DNA of 64,000 nucleotides from Macrostomum lignano (taxonomy: Eukaryota), in contig NIVC01000255.1 of assembly GCA_002269645.1 (NCBI GenBank), positions 124,001 to 188,000 of the forward strand. Direction: 5' to 3'. A program made the position numbers and the translations under genes. Position 1 is the stretch's first letter; the number at the start of each line of letters is the position of its first letter. Positions 51,301 through 57,300 of the stretch are shown here, piece by piece. The notes below the pieces were generated by a model. The model was not told where the DNA came from, did no database searches, and saw only the letters and a program-made list of their open reading frames with translations.

Positions 51301-54300
51301 AGGAATTAGGAGGGGGGGAATTGGTTTTGGTTAGAGTACAGGATAGAAGGACCTTGCTATATGGGATGGAGCAAGGCGCAGGATAGGAGGGGCCTTGGTA
51401 TGGGATGCATGGGGTGCAGGACAGGAGGGGGTCTTGGTATGGGATGCACGGGGTGCAGGACAGGAGGGGTGTAGGACAGGAGGGGGTCTTGGTATGGGAT
51501 GCATGGGGTGCAGGACAGGAGGGGGTCTTGGTATGGGATGCACGGGGTGCAGGACAGGAGGGGGTCTTGGTATGGGATGCACGGGGTGCAGGACAGGAGG
51601 GGTGTAGGACAGGAGGGGGTCTTGGTATGGGATGCATGGGGTGCAGGACAGGAGGGGGTCTTGGTATGGGATGCACGGGGTGCAGGACAGGAGGGGTCTT
51701 GGTATGGGATGCACGGGGTGCAGGACAGGAGGGGGTCTTGGTATGGGATGTACGGGGTGCAGGACAGGAGGGGTGTAGGACAGGAGGGGGCCTGGTTTGG
51801 GGTCGGGGGTGGGTGCGTGGGTTTGGGGTCGGGATTGGGTGCGTGGCGGTGGTGGGTTTGGGGTCGGGGTGGGTTTGGGGGTCGGGGTGGGTTTGGCGTC
51901 GGGGTGGGCGTCTTCGGGGCGCCCTCTCCCCTCATTGGCCGGGTGCCCCGGCCAATCCCGTGTGATGGCGGTAGAGGGTACCACTTTCCTACTACTCATA
52001 AGATAAACAGTTTATATTATGATAGCCAAGCCAGGGTTTTCACCATAAGACAAGTTAATAAGTTTTTAAGAAGCTAAGGTATTCGTAAGTAAAATTTCCC
52101 CTGTATATTAAAAACGGTCTTAAAATGTTTTACTTGGCTACTCATCGCAGTCAGTCAGTAGCTAATATCGAACATTATTTCGCTACGCCAAATTTCAGCA
52201 AATGATTCGATCCGTATCGCTTGGCTCGCTGAGTCTGCTCAAATTGAATGAGCCCGGCTATCTTGCCGGTGGTCAGGCAGCCTCTGTCGCCGCGGCCGCT
52301 GGCGGGCCGCCGGTCCCCCCGCAGCAGCAGCAGCCGCAGCAGCAGCCCAGCGCTTCTGTGCAGAACCTGCACGCCGCACTGCGCCGAGCTGAACCGCCAA
52401 GCGCTCTGATTGGCCCAGTTGGCAGTAAGTGTGCGAGCCTGTGCGTGCGTGCCTGCGGTCACGGGTTCGAATTCGGGATCTGTGCGCTGCTTGGGGAACC
52501 ATGTGTACCCTCTACTGTCCCCCCTGTACCCTCTCCTGTCCCCTCTGTACCCTCTACCGTCCCCCTGTACCCCCTCCTGTCCCCTCTGTACCCTCTGCTT
52601 TCCCCTCTGTACCCTACCCTGTCCCCTCTGTACCCTACCCTGTCCCCTCTGTACTCTCCCCTGTCCCCTCTGTACCCTACCCTGTCTCCTCTGTACCCTC
52701 TCCTGTCCCCTCTGTACCCTCTCCTGTCCTCTCTGTACCCTCCCCTGTCCCCTCTGTATTCTTCCATGTCCCTTCTGTACCCTCTGCTTTCCCCTCTGTA
52801 CCCTCTGCTGTCCCCTCTGTACCCTACCCTGTCCCCTCTGTACCCTACCCTGTGCCCTCTGTACCCTACCCTGTCCCTCTGTACTCTCCCCTGTCCCCTC
52901 TGTACCCTCTGCTGTCCCCTCTGTACCCTACCCTGTCCCCTCTGTACTCTCCCCTGTCCACTCTGTACCCTACCCTGTCCCCTCTGTACCCTCTCCTGTC
53001 CCCTCTGTACCCTCTCCTGTCCCCTCTGTACCCTCTCCTGTCCCCTCTGTACCCTCTGCTTTCCCCTTTGTACCCTCCCCTGCCCCCTCAACCGTTCACC
53101 TGTAGCAGCAGTTCTAAATCTGAAGCTTAATCTGCTGTCTGCTTTTAGAACACCCGGAGCCTCTTGAAGGTATTGCATAAATTTTCCATTTTCCATTTAA
53201 GTAATTTAAGTTTTATATAATCTGTTTTACTAGATATTGTTAATCTTGAACAAGTACGCTGTTTTACCAACCCGAGCAGTTTTTAAATATTCTTTCGAAC
53301 AGTTACTCATAAATATTAAATATTAAAAATCACAGTGTTCTTCAGCATGAGGTTGCGGTGCTGCAGAAGTTCCTGTCCTGTTTCATAAATTGCAACTTTT
53401 ACTTTTTTTTTCTGCATACGATTGCAGTGAGGGCAGCTGCTCCTCTTCTCTCATCTCCCCTCTCTCATCTCTCCTCTCTCATCTCTCATCTCTCATCTCT
53501 CATCTCCCCTCTCTCATCTCCCCTCTCTCATCTCTCCTCTCTCATCTCTCATCTCTCATCTCTCATCTCCCCTCTCTCATCTCCCCTCTCTCATCTCTCA
53601 TCTCTCATCTCTCATCTCTCATCTCTCATCCCTCATCTCCCCTCTCTCATCTCTACTCTCTCATCTCTCATCTCTCATCTCTCCTCTCTCATCTCTCCTC
53701 TCTCATCTCCTCTCTCTCATCTCTCATCTCTCATCTCTCATCTCCCCTCTCTCATCTCCCCTCTCTCATCTCTCATCTCTCATCTCTCATCTCTCATCTC
53801 TCATCCCTCATCTCCCCTCTCTCATCTCCCCTCTCTCATCTCTCATCTCTCATCTCTCCTCTCTCATCTCTCCTCTCTCATCTCCTCTCTCTCATCTCTC
53901 CTCTCTCATCTCTCAACTCCCCTCTCTCATCTCTCATCTCTCCTCTCATCTCTCCTCTCTAATCTCTCATCTCGCCTTTCTCATCTCTCCTCTCTTCTCT
54001 CTCTTCTCCCAACTTCCTCCTGATCACTTTTGTCTTATCTCCCCATCCTTTCTGTTTTCTCTTTTCTCTTTGAGCGTTGTCTTTGAGCTTTTACCAAATT
54101 CTTACCTACCAGCAATGCCTTAAAAATCGCCATTTTCATATTAATAACAATATCATGACAAGAAATCTTGTCCTGCCAATCTGTTTGCAGGCAGCCGCCC
54201 CAACTTTCTTAACTTGAACACGCAAAAGATTAGAAAGTACTGGCCAATAGGTAAATATTTGAATCGGCGCCAGAAATTCAGTTAATCAGCTGACGGAGTC

Positions 54301-57300
54301 GTGTTTTCTCATTCCGGTTTTATTTTGTCGCATCATTATTGATTCATTTTTTTTTTTACCCGAGAGAGGCAGCCGTCTGTGAGATTTATGAGAACTCAGA
54401 CTGCCGTCTCACTGCCCACCCCGTCCCCTCATGTCAGTCGTATTGCTCAAATATTTCTGTTGCAGTAGGCTGTCAGTGTTGTGAACTAACTGAAAATAAC
54501 TCATACTCAAGACGCTTGTGCTTTCTGAGTGAGACTGAGATACTCTGGGTAAGACTGAGATACTCTGAGTGAGACTAAGATACTCTTGATGAGGCTGAGA
54601 CACTCTAAGTGAGACTGAGGTACTCTGGGTGAGACTGAGATACTCTGGGTGGGACTGAGATACACTGGGTGAGACTGAGATACTCTGGGTGAGACTGAGA
54701 TACTCTGGGTGGGACTGAGATACTCTGAGTGAGACTGAGGTACTCTGAGTGAGACTGAGATACTTTAAGTGGACTGAGATACACTGGGTGAGACTGAGGT
54801 ACTCTGGGTGAGACTGAGATACTCTGGGTGGGACTGAGATACTCTGGGTGGGACTGAGATACTCTGAGTGAGACTGAGGTACTCTGAGTGAGACTAAGAT
54901 ACTTTAAGTGGACTGAGATACACTGGGTGAGACTGAGATACTCTGGGTGAGACTGAGATACTCTGAGTGAGACTGAAATACTCTGAGTGGGACTGAGATA
55001 CTCAGAGTGAGACTGAGGTACTCTGGGTGAGACTAAGATACTCTTGGTGAGACTGAGATACTCTGAGTGAGACTGAGATACTCTGGGTGGTACTGAGATA
55101 CTCTGGGTGGGACTGAGATACTCTGAGTGAGACTGAGGTACTCTGAGTGAGACTAAGATACTTTAAGTGGACTGAGATACACTGGGTGAGACTGAGATAC
55201 TCTGGGTGAGACTGAGATACTCTGAGTGAGAGTGAGATACTCTGGGTGAGACTGAGATACTCTGAGTCAGTCTGAGATACTCTGAGTGAGGCTGAGATAC
55301 TCTGAGTGAGACTGAGGTACTCTGAGTAAGACTGAGATACTCTGAGTGAGTCTGAGATGATGCATCGCACGAGCTGCCTCAGCATCGCAGCAGCTCAGCA
55401 TTAGTCCAGACTTACTAATGCCCTGCACCCAATTAGTGTATTAGCATTTTAACTCGCACTTTGCCACTTATAATACTATGACTATGATAAGTAACTCCGG
55501 CGCCTCAGCCTAAGTAAAAAGGCTCTTACGCCACTAGAAATAAATTAGGTTCCAGATTGGGAGTGTACTAATGTACACTAGAAGCCAATTAGACTATAGA
55601 GGACTGTACAGGGCAATATCATAAAAACCAAACCTCCCCGGGGGACAGTGACAGCGGTTCGACGAACCAGTCAGGAGCCCGTGCCCAAAAACCAGGTTAG
55701 AAGGCCCCTTAGCCTATTATGGATGGCCCGAAGGCCTAGAGCCGTGGCAACCATGCTGGGGCCGACCGCCCACCACCCCCGGGTACATATCAAAAACCTC
55801 CCCGGGGCCAGAGGGGGTTGAGTGAACCATTCAGGGAAGCCCGTGCCTACTCCTGGGTTAGTTAAGCCAATGCCGGTCATTTGACCGTCCCCCACGGCCG
55901 TGGCAACCCGAAGGAGCCTCCCCCCCAACTAAACCCCGGGTACTCTTGCCAACAGACAGTCTCTTATCTTTAAAGCGGCAGGAGGGCTAATCGCCGGGAC
56001 TATTTCACCCTTTGCTTCGCCAACCCGCCATTTCTATTGTGACCGTGCCAACGGTCTCGTCCTGCTCAGACTCAGTCCTGGTTCTGGCACACTCCAGCTT
56101 TAATAGGGTCGCTGGCTGTACACTCAGAGGGCGCCTGAGGGATACCGTCAGAGCACCTTGGTACAGGTATAGGCCTGCCTTCCTATACAGCTACCCACAG
56201 CCCTTCCCGATCCACTATTACCCTCCAACCCAGCCTACTCACTCATTACAAGCTTTCAGCCAGGCAGAGACAAGTTTCACGGGGGTACTGCGGTTAGGCG
56301 CCTCTATGCGAGACAAAACCTGGGTGGTACTCTGGGAGATACTCTGGGTGGGACTGAGATACTCTGGGTGAGACTGAGATACTCTGAGTGAGACTGAGAT
56401 ACTCTGGGTGGGACTGAGATACTCTGAGTGAGACTGAGGTACTCTGAGTAAGACTGAGATACTCTGAGTGAGTCTGAGATGATGCATCGCACGAGCTGCC
56501 TCAGCATCGCAGCAGCTCAGCATTAGTCCAGACTTACTAATGCCCTGCACCCAATTAGTGTATTAGCATTTTAACTCGCACTTTGCCACTTATAATAATT
56601 CATTTGCCAATAATTATATATTTCCATAAGTCGGATCCGATATCTGACTATTGCGTTTATTTTGTTAGCCATGCAGTACTGTCAGTAGGTGAAATGCATG
56701 TGAATCTATTTTAGCATGCCGCATGAACTGACAACTCCTGTATCAGGTGCTTACTACTGTGAGTAGCAGTGCAGCATGCGGAAGGTAGGGAATCCCAACT
56801 CTCCCTTCCGGTTCAGGTTTCAGTCTGAAAACCCAGAAGCGCGCTATGCTACTTAGGCTAAACAGTAGGCTAAATTGTACCAAATTGCGCGCTTTTCAGT
56901 AATTTGACCTTTATTTGTTCATTTTAGTTGAACTTTTTCAGTTTTTTATTGCTCTTGTTCTTCTTTGTTATGAAGTTTGTGGCTTGATGAAATGCGAGTG
57001 AGAAGGTGGGAGAGAGGGTGTGAAGGGAGGGTGTCAGAGACAGATGTAAATAATGTTAGTGGATGTCAGACGGCATGACTGGTGAATGTCAGTGGATGTC
57101 AGACGGCATGACTGGTGAATGTCAGTGGATGTCAGACGGCATGACTGGTATGACTGGTGAATGTCAGTGGATGTCAGACGGCATGACTGGTGAATGTCAG
57201 TGGATGTCAGACGGCATGACTGGTGAATGTCAGTGGATGTCAGACGGCATGACTGGTATGACTGGTGAATGTCAGTGGATGTCAGACGGCATGACTGGTG

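Larger units (their letters stand above)
41371..51996 (+). mobile_element. Maverick/Polinton (adintovirus-like) endogenous DNA virus, 10,626 bp, partly degenerate
   Basis: Termini AGTAGTAGGAAAGTGGTACC...GGTACCACTTTCCTACTACT; 6-bp TSD CATAAG on both sides; integrase, penton, MCP, adenain protease, packaging ATPase and pPolB remnants in between. Confidence 0.96.

Noticed and set aside
55860-55943. HDV-like or twister ribozyme assignment (GCCAATGCCGGTC; CCG-TCCCCCA-CGG...GGCAAC)
   Set aside because: Partial resemblance only: P1 would be too short, the features are not shared with unit A, and no CUGAnGA/GAAA hammerhead core is present.
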